From: Pseudomonadota bacterium
Lineage (GTDB): Bacteria; Pseudomonadota; Alphaproteobacteria; Rhizobiales; Rhizobiaceae
Reading direction: 5' to 3'
Length of the DNA: 55,534 nucleotides
NCBI GenBank assembly: GCA_038530365.1
Contig: JBCBCT010000002.1
Span: forward strand, 1 to 55,534
The stretch's first letter is position 1; every line of letters begins with the position of its first letter. Made by a program: the position numbers and the translations under genes. Under the pieces are notes generated by a model. The model worked only from the letters and a program-made list of their open reading frames with translations. It made no database searches and was not told the origin of the DNA. This document shows positions 40,899-49,904 of this stretch, one piece after another.

Positions 40899-41447
40899 GT
40901 GTCGATGCGTGATTTTCAATCCGGGGAGCCCGTGTCGGCCTTCGATCAAACGGTTCGGACGCAGGGCTTTGAGTTCACCGGCAAGCATATGCTGGCCTGT
41001 ATGGTCTGCTTTTTTGGCGTGATCATCGTGGTGAATTTTTTCATGGCGACCATGGCTTCGCGCACGTGGACCGGCCTGGTGGTGAAGAATTCTTACGTTG
41101 CCAGCCAGCAGTTTAACGTCGATCTGGCAGCGTCCGCCGCCCAAGCGGCCAAAGGGTGGCGCTCGGTGGTGGCCTATTCCAAAGGCGTACTGACGGTTGA
41201 GGTTTCAAACCGCAAGGGCGTGACGCCGACGTTTTCCGAAGCGGTGATCTCCTATGGACGCCCCGTGTTTGAACAAAAGGACACAACCGTACGCGTGCCC
41301 GTTAATGCTGCTGGGCGTGCGGTCTTGCCGGTGGCGTTGGCCCAAGGTGATTGGTTTATTCGCTTTGAAACCTATGTCGATGGAGAGCCCTACCGTCGCG
41401 ATGCGCGCCTTTCGGTCCTGGCGTCTGGCGTAGGGGAGGTGCAATGA
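40899..41447 (+). CDS. ccoH: FixH/CcoH family protein
   Basis: FTGKHML...FFGVIIVVN...TWTGLVVKNSYVASQQFN. Confidence 0.9.
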   Translation: MSMRDFQSGEPVSAFDQTVRTQGFEFTGKHMLACMVCFFGVIIVVNFFMATMASRTWTGLVVKNSYVASQQFNVDLAASAAQAAKGWRSVVAYSKGVLTVEVSNRKGVTPTFSEAVISYGRPVFEQKDTTVRVPVNAAGRAVLPVALAQGDWFIRFETYVDGEPYRRDARLSVLASGVGEVQ

Positions 41448-43864
41448 CGTGTTGCACAGCCGGTGGGGTGGGGGCAGCCGCCTCCTTTGCGGCGTCCCGT
41501 TCCAGGTCTGCGACCCTGTCTGACGCCGGTCATCAAGGCGTTTCAGTGTTTGCTGGACAGGATGCGGTGGAGGATGAAACCCGCGCGCAATCAAGCCCGC
41601 TTCCCGATGGGACACAGCGCTTGGTCCTGGTGGTTCCAAGCATGCATTGCTCCGGTTGCCTGACCAAAATCGAAAGGGCCATCGGTGCGCTGCCGCAGGT
41701 CGTATCCGTGCGGGCCAACCTTTCCAACCGCCGCGTGACGGTGGTTTGGGATGGTGAAAAGGGCCAGGGATCTGCCATTCGCGACGCGCTGACCGTCCTT
41801 GGGTTTGAGCATCATCTTCTTGGCACTGGCGACGCCAACGAAGCCCATTTGGAAGCGCAGGGGCGGTTCTTGCTGCTGTGTTTGGCCGTCGCCGGCTTTG
41901 CCGCTGCCAACATCATGCTTCTGTCGGTCTCCGTTTGGTCGGGCGCCGATGAGGCGACGACGAAGCTGTTTCATCTGATTTCGGGATTGATTGCTGTTCC
42001 CGCCGTGTTCTTTGCCGGGCGCCCCTTTTTTGCCTCCGCGTTGTCGGTGCTGACCAAAGGCCAGCTGAATATGGACGTGCCGATTTCCCTTGCGGTTTTG
42101 TTGTCGCTGGGGATGGGGGTGTTTGAAAGTCTGAACGGCGGCCATGAGGCCTATTTCGATGCCTGTGTGACGCTGTTGTTCTTTTTGTTGATCGGGCGGA
42201 CGCTGGATCACCACATGCGCCTGAAGGCGCGGGGTGCGGTTGCCAGTCTGGCGCGTTTGTCATCCCCCGGCGCTCTGCGCGTGCTGGCCAATGGTGGCAC
42301 CGCCTATGTGGCCACCGATGATATTGCCGATGGCATGCGCCTTCGCATCAATGTGGGAGATCGTCTTCCGGTGGATGGCGTGGTCCTGAGCGGGCGGACG
42401 GATATTGACCGTTCACTGGTGACAGGGGAAAGCGAGCCGGTGGCCGTCGACGCGGGCGCAGAACTCGAAGCGGGAACGCTGAACCTCACCGGTTCTTTCG
42501 ACATGCAGGCCCGAGGCACGGCGGAAACTTCGTTTCTGTCAGAAATCCAGCGCATGATGGAAGCGGCCGAACAGGGCCGTGGAACCTACCGTCGGATCGC
42601 CGACAGGATGGCGTCTGTCTATGCACCGGCCGTCCACTTGCTGGCCTTGGTCACATTCATCGGCTGGATGATCGCCACCGGCGGCGATTGGAAGGCATCG
42701 CTTTATACGTCCATTGCGGTTCTCATCATCACATGCCCCTGCGCCCTCGGTCTTGCTGTGCCGGTGGTCCATGTGATCGGCGCAAGCCGTCTCTTTCGCG
42801 CCGGCATTTTGGTGCGCGATGGCGGTGCCTTGGAACGGATGGCTGAGATTGACACCGTTCTTCACGACAAAACTGGAACGCTGACAGAGGGTGAACCGCA
42901 GGTGGAGCGCAGCGAAGGTCTGCGCGCCCACCACATGCCCGCATTGCTGGCTCTGGCGTCCCGCTCGTCCCATCCTGCGTCCCGGGCGCTGCTGAACCAT
43001 TTCGCAGACCGGGCCAACGCTGTCTCACCTGCTTTGAACGTGGCCTCGAACGTCGACAGCGTTGAAGAGCACCCCGGGCTTGGCATGGAGGGTGTGGTTG
43101 ATGGTTTGCGCGTGCGCCTTGGACGTCCCGCATGGGCGCTGGAATTTGCCAAAGGGCGGGTCCCGACGGGCTTGCAGAGCGCCAATGTTGTCTTTGCGCG
43201 CGAAGATGGCCAGATCGCCCTGTTTTCAACCCGTGATACGTTGCGGATGGATGCACGCGAAAGCGTGGCCCGTCTCAAGAATGCAGGTCTGTGCAGCCAG
43301 ATCCTGTCCGGTGACAGCCGACACAAGGTTTGGACCCTTGGGGCAGAGTTAAACATCTCCCGGGTGGATGGCGATCTGCTGCCGCAACAAAAGCTCGCCC
43401 ATGTGGAGCGCTTGGGAGCAGACGGCAAACGTTCGCTCATGGTGGGTGATGGCCTCAACGATGGCCCGGCGCTGACCGCGGCCCATGTCTCCATGGCCCC
43501 TGCCTCGGCAAGCGAAGTTGGGCGAATGGCTTCAGATTTTGTGTTTTTGGGCAAGTCCTTGGCCGCCGTGCCTGTGGCTTATGAAATTGCCAAACACACC
43601 GGGCGTTTCGTTCGCCAAAATTTTGCGCTTGCTCTTCTTTATAATGCGATTGCCATTCCCCTTGCGGTTGCGGGTTTTGTGACCCCGCTTATCGCTGCCA
43701 TCGCGATGTCGGCATCGTCCATCGTGGTTGTGGGAAATTCGATGCGGCTGTGGCGGGTGCGTGTTTTTGAAGCATCCAAGGACGAGCGGGACGAAGGCGA
43801 GGGCCGCGCCCGCTCGCCAAAACAAGCATTAAGTCCCGTGCCCCAAGAAGGAGCGATGGCATGA
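41444..43864 (+). CDS. ccoI: Copper-translocating P1B-type ATPase CcoI/FixI
   Basis: HMA MHCSGC, TGE, CPCALGLA, DKTGT, MVGDGLND, YN, AMSASS. Confidence 0.95.
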   Translation: MTCCTAGGVGAAASFAASRSRSATLSDAGHQGVSVFAGQDAVEDETRAQSSPLPDGTQRLVLVVPSMHCSGCLTKIERAIGALPQVVSVRANLSNRRVTVVWDGEKGQGSAIRDALTVLGFEHHLLGTGDANEAHLEAQGRFLLLCLAVAGFAAANIMLLSVSVWSGADEATTKLFHLISGLIAVPAVFFAGRPFFASALSVLTKGQLNMDVPISLAVLLSLGMGVFESLNGGHEAYFDACVTLLFFLLIGRTLDHHMRLKARGAVASLARLSSPGALRVLANGGTAYVATDDIADGMRLRINVGDRLPVDGVVLSGRTDIDRSLVTGESEPVAVDAGAELEAGTLNLTGSFDMQARGTAETSFLSEIQRMMEAAEQGRGTYRRIADRMASVYAPAVHLLALVTFIGWMIATGGDWKASLYTSIAVLIITCPCALGLAVPVVHVIGASRLFRAGILVRDGGALERMAEIDTVLHDKTGTLTEGEPQVERSEGLRAHHMPALLALASRSSHPASRALLNHFADRANAVSPALNVASNVDSVEEHPGLGMEGVVDGLRVRLGRPAWALEFAKGRVPTGLQSANVVFAREDGQIALFSTRDTLRMDARESVARLKNAGLCSQILSGDSRHKVWTLGAELNISRVDGDLLPQQKLAHVERLGADGKRSLMVGDGLNDGPALTAAHVSMAPASASEVGRMASDFVFLGKSLAAVPVAYEIAKHTGRFVRQNFALALLYNAIAIPLAVAGFVTPLIAAIAMSASSIVVVGNSMRLWRVRVFEASKDERDEGEGRARSPKQALSPVPQEGAMA

Positions 43865-43998
43865 ACCATCTTGTTGTTCTTATCCCCATTGCCCTTGGCA
43901 TGGGTCTTCTGGGTCTTGTCGCTTTTGTTTGGTCCCTGCGCAACGGACAATATGACGACCTTGAGGGTGCAGCAGAACGCATTCTCAACGACGATTAA
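43861..43998 (+). CDS. ccoS: cbb3 assembly protein CcoS/FixS (below ORF-track size)
   Basis: Manual translation MNHLVVLIPIALGMGLLGLVAFVWSLRNGQYDDLEGAAERILNDD; ATGA overlap with ccoI. Confidence 0.93.
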   Translation: MNHLVVLIPIALGMGLLGLVAFVWSLRNGQYDDLEGAAERILNDD

Positions 43999-44221
43999 GT
44001 CTCCCTCATCTCCCCTTCATCCCGGATTGCACAGTCAAGACGAGCCTTCGAGGGCGCTAGGCTTGGTACTTCTCACAGTGTCTTCGCCATAAATGCTGTG
44101 TGATTGACTTTGACATCGGTAGCAAAACCCTCTTTGTCTCTCCGCTAATTCCTCTGTCGCCACGGCCAAGCGCATTTTCGTTTGGGCGTGGAGAGGGAGA
44201 TAACGTTTAAACACGGGAGGA

Positions 44222-46138
44222 ATGGGAATTATGGGTGACGCCAAAACACTGTCATATGCGATCTCTGAAAAACTTCGCATCGAATCTGAAGGTTCGCTGG
44301 ATCAACGCTGGACCGCCAAATCCGCTTATCAACTGTTATTGCAAACTGCGTCGAAACACGCGACCCGCCCGGCGGTGAGTTTTCAGTTGAAGTCCGGCCC
44401 CAATGATCCGGCGCAGACCCACACTTGGGGCGAGCTCAAAACCCGCTCCACGAAAGCTGCCAATCTGTTCCGTTCACTGGGCGTGGGCGATGATGATGTG
44501 GTGGCGTATTTGCTCCCGTCGTTGAATGAGACGGTGGTGACGCTGATGGGCGGTATGACCGCAGGCATCGTCAGCCCCATTAACCCGCTTTTGGAAGTGG
44601 AACACATTTCAGCGATCCTGCGGGAAACCAATGCCAAGGTGCTGGTGACGTTGAAGGCGTTCCCGAAAACCGATCTTGCCCAAAAGGCGGCGGCGGCGGT
44701 GAAAGACGCGCCCAATGTGAAAACCATCCTTGAGGTTGATTTGCGTGATCATCTCTCCGGTTTGCTCAAATACATCGTGCCGTTCATCCGTCCCAAAGTG
44801 ACCGACACCCACCATGCGCAGGTGGTGAACTTTGAAGAGGCGATGGCGCAGGCCAATGGCGATGCGCTGGATTTTGAAGAGACCAACGACGACCGTTACT
44901 GCGCTTATTTCCACACCGGTGGCACCACCGGCATGCCTAAAATTGCCCGCCACCGTTCGTCCGGTATTTTGTACAATGGCTGGGTCGGCAACGAGATGCT
45001 CTACAAAGCCGATGATGTCGTGCTGTGCCCATTGCCGCTGTTTCACGTTTTTGCAGCCTACCCCATTTGGATGGGTTGTTTGACGTCCGGTGCCCATATG
45101 GTCCTGCCCACACCGGCGGGCTATCGCGGCGATGGCGTGTTCGATAATTTCTGGAAACTGGTGGAGCGCTGGAAAGCGACTTTCCTGGTGACCGTGCCCA
45201 CGGCGGCGGCGGCTTTGATGCAGCGCCCGGTGGATGCGGATATTTCCTCACTGCAATTAGCTTTCTCCGGTTCAGCGGCCTTGCCGGTGGAAACGTTCAA
45301 GCGGTTTGAGGAAACCACCAAAGTTAAAATTCTCGAAGGTTACGGAATGACGGAGGCAACCTGTATTGTCTCCTGCAACCCTGTGGACGGTGAGAAAAAG
45401 ATCGGCTCCGTCGGCGTGCCGGCACCTTTCACCGATGTTCGTATTTATCATTGCGACGCGTCCGGCGACGTTGTGAAAGAATGTGCTGTGGATGAAGTCG
45501 GTGAGATTTGCATTGCGAACCCTGGTGTCATGGTGGGCGAAACCTATACCGAGGCGTCCAAGAACAAGTCGCTTTACGCCAACGAGACCTATTTGCGGTC
45601 CGGTGATCTGGGACGCATTGATGCCGATGGCTATTTATGGATTACCGGGCGCGCCAAAGATCTGATCATTCGCGGCGGTCACAACATCGATCCTGCGGTG
45701 ATCGAAGAGGCGCTGGCGGGCCATCCTCAGGTGGCGTTTGTGGGGGCGATTGGTCAACCGGACAGCACCGCCGGGGAGTTGCCCTGCGCCTATGTTGAAC
45801 TGATCGAAGGCGGATCGGCTACCGTTGATGAGTTGATGGCTTACGCCAATGAACACGTTCACGAACAAGCTGCGGTACCAAAATATCTGGAGGTTCTGAC
45901 GGAGCTTCCCAAAACCGCCGTCGGCAAGGTGTTCAAGCCCGACCTGCGTCGCATGGCTATTACCCGTGTCTACAACGCCGCGCTGACGGCAGGGGGTCTC
46001 GATGCCCAGGTCTCCAGTGTGATTGAAGACAAGAAATTGGGTCTGGTTGCCATTGTTACGGCCGGGGCAAAAAAACCAACAGATGATGAAATGGCCAACG
46101 TCCTTGGAGGCTTCATCCGTCCTTGGCGCTGGAGCTAG
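44222..46138 (+). CDS. Acyl-CoA synthetase (AMP-forming)
   Basis: YFHTGGTTGMPK, EGYGMTE, SGDLG, GRAKDLIIRGGHNIDP, LPKTAVGK. Confidence 0.93.
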   Translation: MGIMGDAKTLSYAISEKLRIESEGSLDQRWTAKSAYQLLLQTASKHATRPAVSFQLKSGPNDPAQTHTWGELKTRSTKAANLFRSLGVGDDDVVAYLLPSLNETVVTLMGGMTAGIVSPINPLLEVEHISAILRETNAKVLVTLKAFPKTDLAQKAAAAVKDAPNVKTILEVDLRDHLSGLLKYIVPFIRPKVTDTHHAQVVNFEEAMAQANGDALDFEETNDDRYCAYFHTGGTTGMPKIARHRSSGILYNGWVGNEMLYKADDVVLCPLPLFHVFAAYPIWMGCLTSGAHMVLPTPAGYRGDGVFDNFWKLVERWKATFLVTVPTAAAALMQRPVDADISSLQLAFSGSAALPVETFKRFEETTKVKILEGYGMTEATCIVSCNPVDGEKKIGSVGVPAPFTDVRIYHCDASGDVVKECAVDEVGEICIANPGVMVGETYTEASKNKSLYANETYLRSGDLGRIDADGYLWITGRAKDLIIRGGHNIDPAVIEEALAGHPQVAFVGAIGQPDSTAGELPCAYVELIEGGSATVDELMAYANEHVHEQAAVPKYLEVLTELPKTAVGKVFKPDLRRMAITRVYNAALTAGGLDAQVSSVIEDKKLGLVAIVTAGAKKPTDDEMANVLGGFIRPWRWS

Positions 46139-46199
46139 GTCCTTTGAGCTATGGCGTTGGAGCCTTGGTATTGAAACTAGGGCCTTGGAACTAGGGCGC
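46130..46199. repeat. Five degenerate 14-bp tandem units
   Basis: TGGAGCTAGGTCCT / TTGAGCTATGGCGT / TGGAGCCTTGGTAT / TGAAACTAGGGCCT / TGGAACTAGGGCGC. Confidence 0.65.
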
Positions 46200-46255
46200 T
46201 GTCTAATGCGGGCATTTACGTTGGGATAAGCGCCTTAACTTTTGCAAATTGAGAG

Positions 46256-46287
46256 AAGCCGGGATGGTCTGCCATCCCGGCTTTTTT
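46256..46287 (+). terminator. Intrinsic terminator
   Basis: AAGCCGGGATGG-TCTG-CCATCCCGGCTT followed by further Ts. Confidence 0.85.
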
Positions 46288-46400
46288 CGTTTTTTGGGCC
46301 GCTTTTTTATGCCCCGGGGCCGTTCAAACAGCCTGCTTTGCAACCATGGTCGCCATTTGTTTCGGCTGATCACAATTTTTGCTTATGTGGCCAAGTGCCA

Positions 46401-46461
46401 TGTCACAGTTTACTGTCTGTGTCATGGCCAAGTGCCATGACACAGACAGTAAACTGTGACA
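46401..46461. repeat. Perfect 28-bp inverted repeat with 5-nt loop
   Basis: TGTCACAGTTTACTGTCTGTGTCATGGC-CAAGT-GCCATGACACAGACAGTAAACTGTGACA. Confidence 0.95.
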
Positions 46462-46505
46462 GCTTTTCACTGTCCCTCTAACAGAACGATCATCAAGGAG
46501 CCCCT

Positions 46506-46964
46506 ATGACGTTCAAAAGATTGAATAAAACGCCATTTAGTCACCTTATCGCTGGTGCCGTACTTTCCGCCGTTGTGGCTATTCCGTCGGCTTTGGCGGC
46601 CGATAACCCTGCTGTGGATCGTCAAAAAGTGATGTCCCATGTGGGCGCTGCCACCGGTGCGGGTGCCGCTATGGCCCGCGGTCAGGTGCCGTTTGATGCC
46701 GTGCAAGCACAGCTCATCATGCGCACCATGAATGGTGTTGCTCTGGGTTACGGTTACCTGTTTCCAGAAGGCTCAGAGACCGGCGCAAAAACGGAGGCAT
46801 CGCCTGCGATCTGGTCCGATCGGGCTGGTTTCAATGCGGCGGTGAAGAAATTTATCGACGACACCTCCGTATTGCCCACCGATCTTGATGGCTTCCGTGC
46901 GGCCTTCCAGCAGGTGACGGCCAATTGCGGGACGTGCCACCGCGCGTACCGTGTGAAAAACTAG
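46506..46964 (+). CDS. Class II cytochrome c (c'/c556-like)
   Basis: Signal peptide, RQKVM, LFPEGS...TEASPAIW, C-terminal CGTCH; AAGGAG upstream. Confidence 0.92.
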   Translation: MTFKRLNKTPFSHLIAGAVLSAVVAIPSALAADNPAVDRQKVMSHVGAATGAGAAMARGQVPFDAVQAQLIMRTMNGVALGYGYLFPEGSETGAKTEASPAIWSDRAGFNAAVKKFIDDTSVLPTDLDGFRAAFQQVTANCGTCHRAYRVKN

Positions 46965-46974
46965 GCGTTGAGCT

Positions 46975-47901
46975 ATGCGTCGCCTTGGTCTTCTTCTGGT
47001 TTTGTTGGTGTTGGTGGGTGGTCTGATCGGTTGGATCATCACGGCTCCACAAACCGTGTCGGAACAGCGGCTTGCAGCTATGCCCCCCGGGGATGCTGCA
47101 AGAGGGAAGCTGGTGTTCTCGGCCTCGGGGTGTGCAAGCTGCCACGCCGCGGAGAAGGCGCAAGGCGATGCCAAGCTGGTTTTGGCAGGGGGTTATCGGT
47201 TCGAAACACCGTTTGGCACGTTTCTCGCCCCCAATATTTCCAGCGATAAAACCCATGGCATTGGCGATTGGACACTGGCTCAATTCGCCAATGCTGTTTT
47301 GCGGGGGGTGACCCCCGATGGGTCGCACTACTACCCGGCGTTCCCCTATGCGGCGTATCAAAACATGACGGACCAGGACTTGAGCGATCTCTTCGTCTAC
47401 ATGAAAACGCTGCCTGCCGACGCGACCCCATCGAAGCCCCATGAGGTCGGATTTCCGTTTAACATTCGCCGCGGGCTAGGGGTTTGGAAGGCGCTGAACG
47501 TCAAGAACGGTTGGGTGGTCGCCGACGTCCCCAAAGGTGTCGACAACAAGGCGCAGTTTGAACGCGGGCGCTATCTGGTGGAGGTTCTGGCCCATTGTGG
47601 TGAATGCCACACGCCGCGGGATGCCCTGGGTGGTATGAAGCGTGATCAGTGGATGGCCGGTGCGGCAGCGCCCCATGGCAAGGGCCGCATCCCAAACATC
47701 ACCCCACACGAAACCGGGATCGGTTCCTGGTCAAAACAGGACATCATTTATTCGCTGGAGACAGGTTTTACACCGGAGTTTGATTCCTTCGGCTCCACCA
47801 TGGCGGATGTGCAGCTGAACATGGCCCAGTTGCCAGCCTCAGACCGTGAAGCGATTGCGCTTTATCTGAAATCCCTGCCGGGCCTTCAAACCGCAAAATA
47901 G
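46975..47901 (+). CDS. Membrane-anchored diheme cytochrome c
   Basis: N-terminal TM; GCASCH, HCGECHTPR, PNIS/PNITP, YPAFPY. Confidence 0.9.
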   Translation: MRRLGLLLVLLVLVGGLIGWIITAPQTVSEQRLAAMPPGDAARGKLVFSASGCASCHAAEKAQGDAKLVLAGGYRFETPFGTFLAPNISSDKTHGIGDWTLAQFANAVLRGVTPDGSHYYPAFPYAAYQNMTDQDLSDLFVYMKTLPADATPSKPHEVGFPFNIRRGLGVWKALNVKNGWVVADVPKGVDNKAQFERGRYLVEVLAHCGECHTPRDALGGMKRDQWMAGAAAPHGKGRIPNITPHETGIGSWSKQDIIYSLETGFTPEFDSFGSTMADVQLNMAQLPASDREAIALYLKSLPGLQTAK

Positions 47902-48103
47902 ACCGCAGGGGCCTTTAAGCCTTCTGTGAGCGATGCTGGCTGTCGCTGCTTTTTTGGCTGTTTCGACGGCCTTAAGCCTCGCATTTTGGGCGCTTTGGCA
48001 CCGCGCGTTTGCCATTTGGTAACCCTAACAAAACGCAAAACCGAAACCTTTTCTTATCCATATCCACCTACGGTCCACACGTTGATGTAGGGTGGTTTTG
48101 GTT

Positions 48104-49900
48104 ATGTCTGGCGTCGAAAACACTGCCGAGCGGCTGTCACTGTCAGCCGATTTGCTCAAAAACTTCAGATGGTTGTTCGCTTTTTCCGTAGCCGCGAATG
48201 TGCTGCTGTTGGCGATGCCCATCCATATGATCGCAATCTACGATCGGGTGCTTACCTCGCGCAGCCAAGAGACGTTGCTTTACATAACGCTCATGGCGGT
48301 TTTGGCACTTCTTCTTTTGGGCATCACGGAAGCGGTGCGCATGATGATTGCCCAGCGTTCGTCTGCAAAATATGTGACGGAGACGGCGGGCGCGCTTTTT
48401 GGTGGCCTCGTCCATGCGGACAATTCGGCCAACAATGAGCGGTCGCAACTGCTGCGGGATTTTTATTCCCTGCGCAGTTTTCTAGCCGGTCGGGCCATGA
48501 TCGGCTTGTTCGATGTGCCGTTCACACCGCTGTTTTTGGGTCTGTTGTTCATGTTGCACGTGCAACTCGGCATGATCACCTTGGTGGGCATCATTCTCTT
48601 GGGCGGCCTGGCCTATGCAAACCGCTACTTTAGCCACGCGGTGAGTGAAGAGGCCACGCGCACCAGCTCTGATGCTGTTTCGTTTTCCCAATCGGTTCTG
48701 TCCCGAAATGAAGACATCCGTGCCATGGGGCTCTTTCCCGCGTTCTTGAAGCGCTGGGGCGGCAAGATGAACAAGGCGCTCAACCATGCCGACGAGACGG
48801 CGCGGGTGCAGGCGATGTTTTTTGGACTGTCTCGCAGCGTGCGCCAGATTCTGCAAATTATCATTATGGCGATGGGGGCTTACCTGGTGCTGGATGGCTC
48901 GCTGTCCGGCGGTGTGATCTTTGCTGCCTCGTTGATTTCCAGTCGGGCCTTTGTGCCGGTGGAGCAGCTCATTGGGTCTTGGGATCAGATCGTCCACGCG
49001 CGCAGTTCCTTCGCCAATCTGTCCGCGTTCATCAAGGAAAATCCGCCACAGCCCCGCGCTGTCGTCCCCCAAATGACGGTGGGTGATTTGGAGGTGAGCA
49101 AGGTGTCCTTTGAGGTGGAGGCCGGAAAACGAGTTCAAGTCATTTTGCGGGACATCAGCTTCACCATGCGCAGCGGCCATGTGCTGGCCATCATCGGGCC
49201 CACGGGTGCGGGTAAAAGCACGCTGGCAAAGGTGCTGGCCGGTGCAATGAAACCCACGGAAGGTTCGGTGCGGCTCGATGACTTTGATCTCAGCCTCTGG
49301 CCTGACGATCGCCGGGGTGAATCGATTGGATATGTGCCACAGGATGCACATCTGTTTCCAGGAACGATTGCCGAAAATATTTCGCGCTTCGAGCAACATC
49401 CAGATGAAGACCGGATTATCGAGGCCGCCAAAAAGGCTAACATTCATACCCAAATTGCTAAAATGCCGGAGGCTTACGCCACCATCGTGGGCCGGGACAG
49501 CCAGGAAATGTCCGGCGGTCAGCAGCAGCAATTGGCCTTGGCCCGGGCATTTTACGCCAATCCACGGCTTTTGATTTTGGATGAACCCAATGCTCACCTC
49601 GACCAGACGGCCGAAGATGCCTTGCTGCGGGCGCTGGCGGTGTCGCGGGAAGAGGGCGTGTCCTCAATCGTTGTGTCCCAGCGTCGTTCGATCCTTAAGG
49701 TCGCCGACTACGTGCTGACCCTGAATGAGGGGCGCATCGTGTCCTTTAAGGAGAACCACGGTCAGTGGAAGGCCCGTCGGACCGATGAGCGCGGCGCGGT
49801 GCCCCCCGTTGTGGCCAATGTGAAGCCCACGGTGGATGTTCAAACGCTGGGCAAATTGCGGCCACGGCAGGCCGGCCAGGTGCGGGTGGAGGCGAGCTAA
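48104..49900 (+). CDS. Type I secretion ABC transporter (PrtD family)
   Basis: IYDRVLTSRSQETL, FDVPFTPLF, GPTGAGKST, IGYVPQD, SGGQ, LILDEPNAHLD; no C39-like N-domain. Start uncertain (48092 or 48104). Confidence 0.92.
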   Translation: MSGVENTAERLSLSADLLKNFRWLFAFSVAANVLLLAMPIHMIAIYDRVLTSRSQETLLYITLMAVLALLLLGITEAVRMMIAQRSSAKYVTETAGALFGGLVHADNSANNERSQLLRDFYSLRSFLAGRAMIGLFDVPFTPLFLGLLFMLHVQLGMITLVGIILLGGLAYANRYFSHAVSEEATRTSSDAVSFSQSVLSRNEDIRAMGLFPAFLKRWGGKMNKALNHADETARVQAMFFGLSRSVRQILQIIIMAMGAYLVLDGSLSGGVIFAASLISSRAFVPVEQLIGSWDQIVHARSSFANLSAFIKENPPQPRAVVPQMTVGDLEVSKVSFEVEAGKRVQVILRDISFTMRSGHVLAIIGPTGAGKSTLAKVLAGAMKPTEGSVRLDDFDLSLWPDDRRGESIGYVPQDAHLFPGTIAENISRFEQHPDEDRIIEAAKKANIHTQIAKMPEAYATIVGRDSQEMSGGQQQQLALARAFYANPRLLILDEPNAHLDQTAEDALLRALAVSREEGVSSIVVSQRRSILKVADYVLTLNEGRIVSFKENHGQWKARRTDERGAVPPVVANVKPTVDVQTLGKLRPRQAGQVRVEAS

Positions 49901-49904
49901 GACC

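Noticed and set aside
46388-46439. Sigma54 promoter or Pho box within the palindrome
   Set aside because: TGGCAC is present on the minus strand but lacks a correctly spaced TTGC; the TGTC repeats are not at 11-bp spacing.
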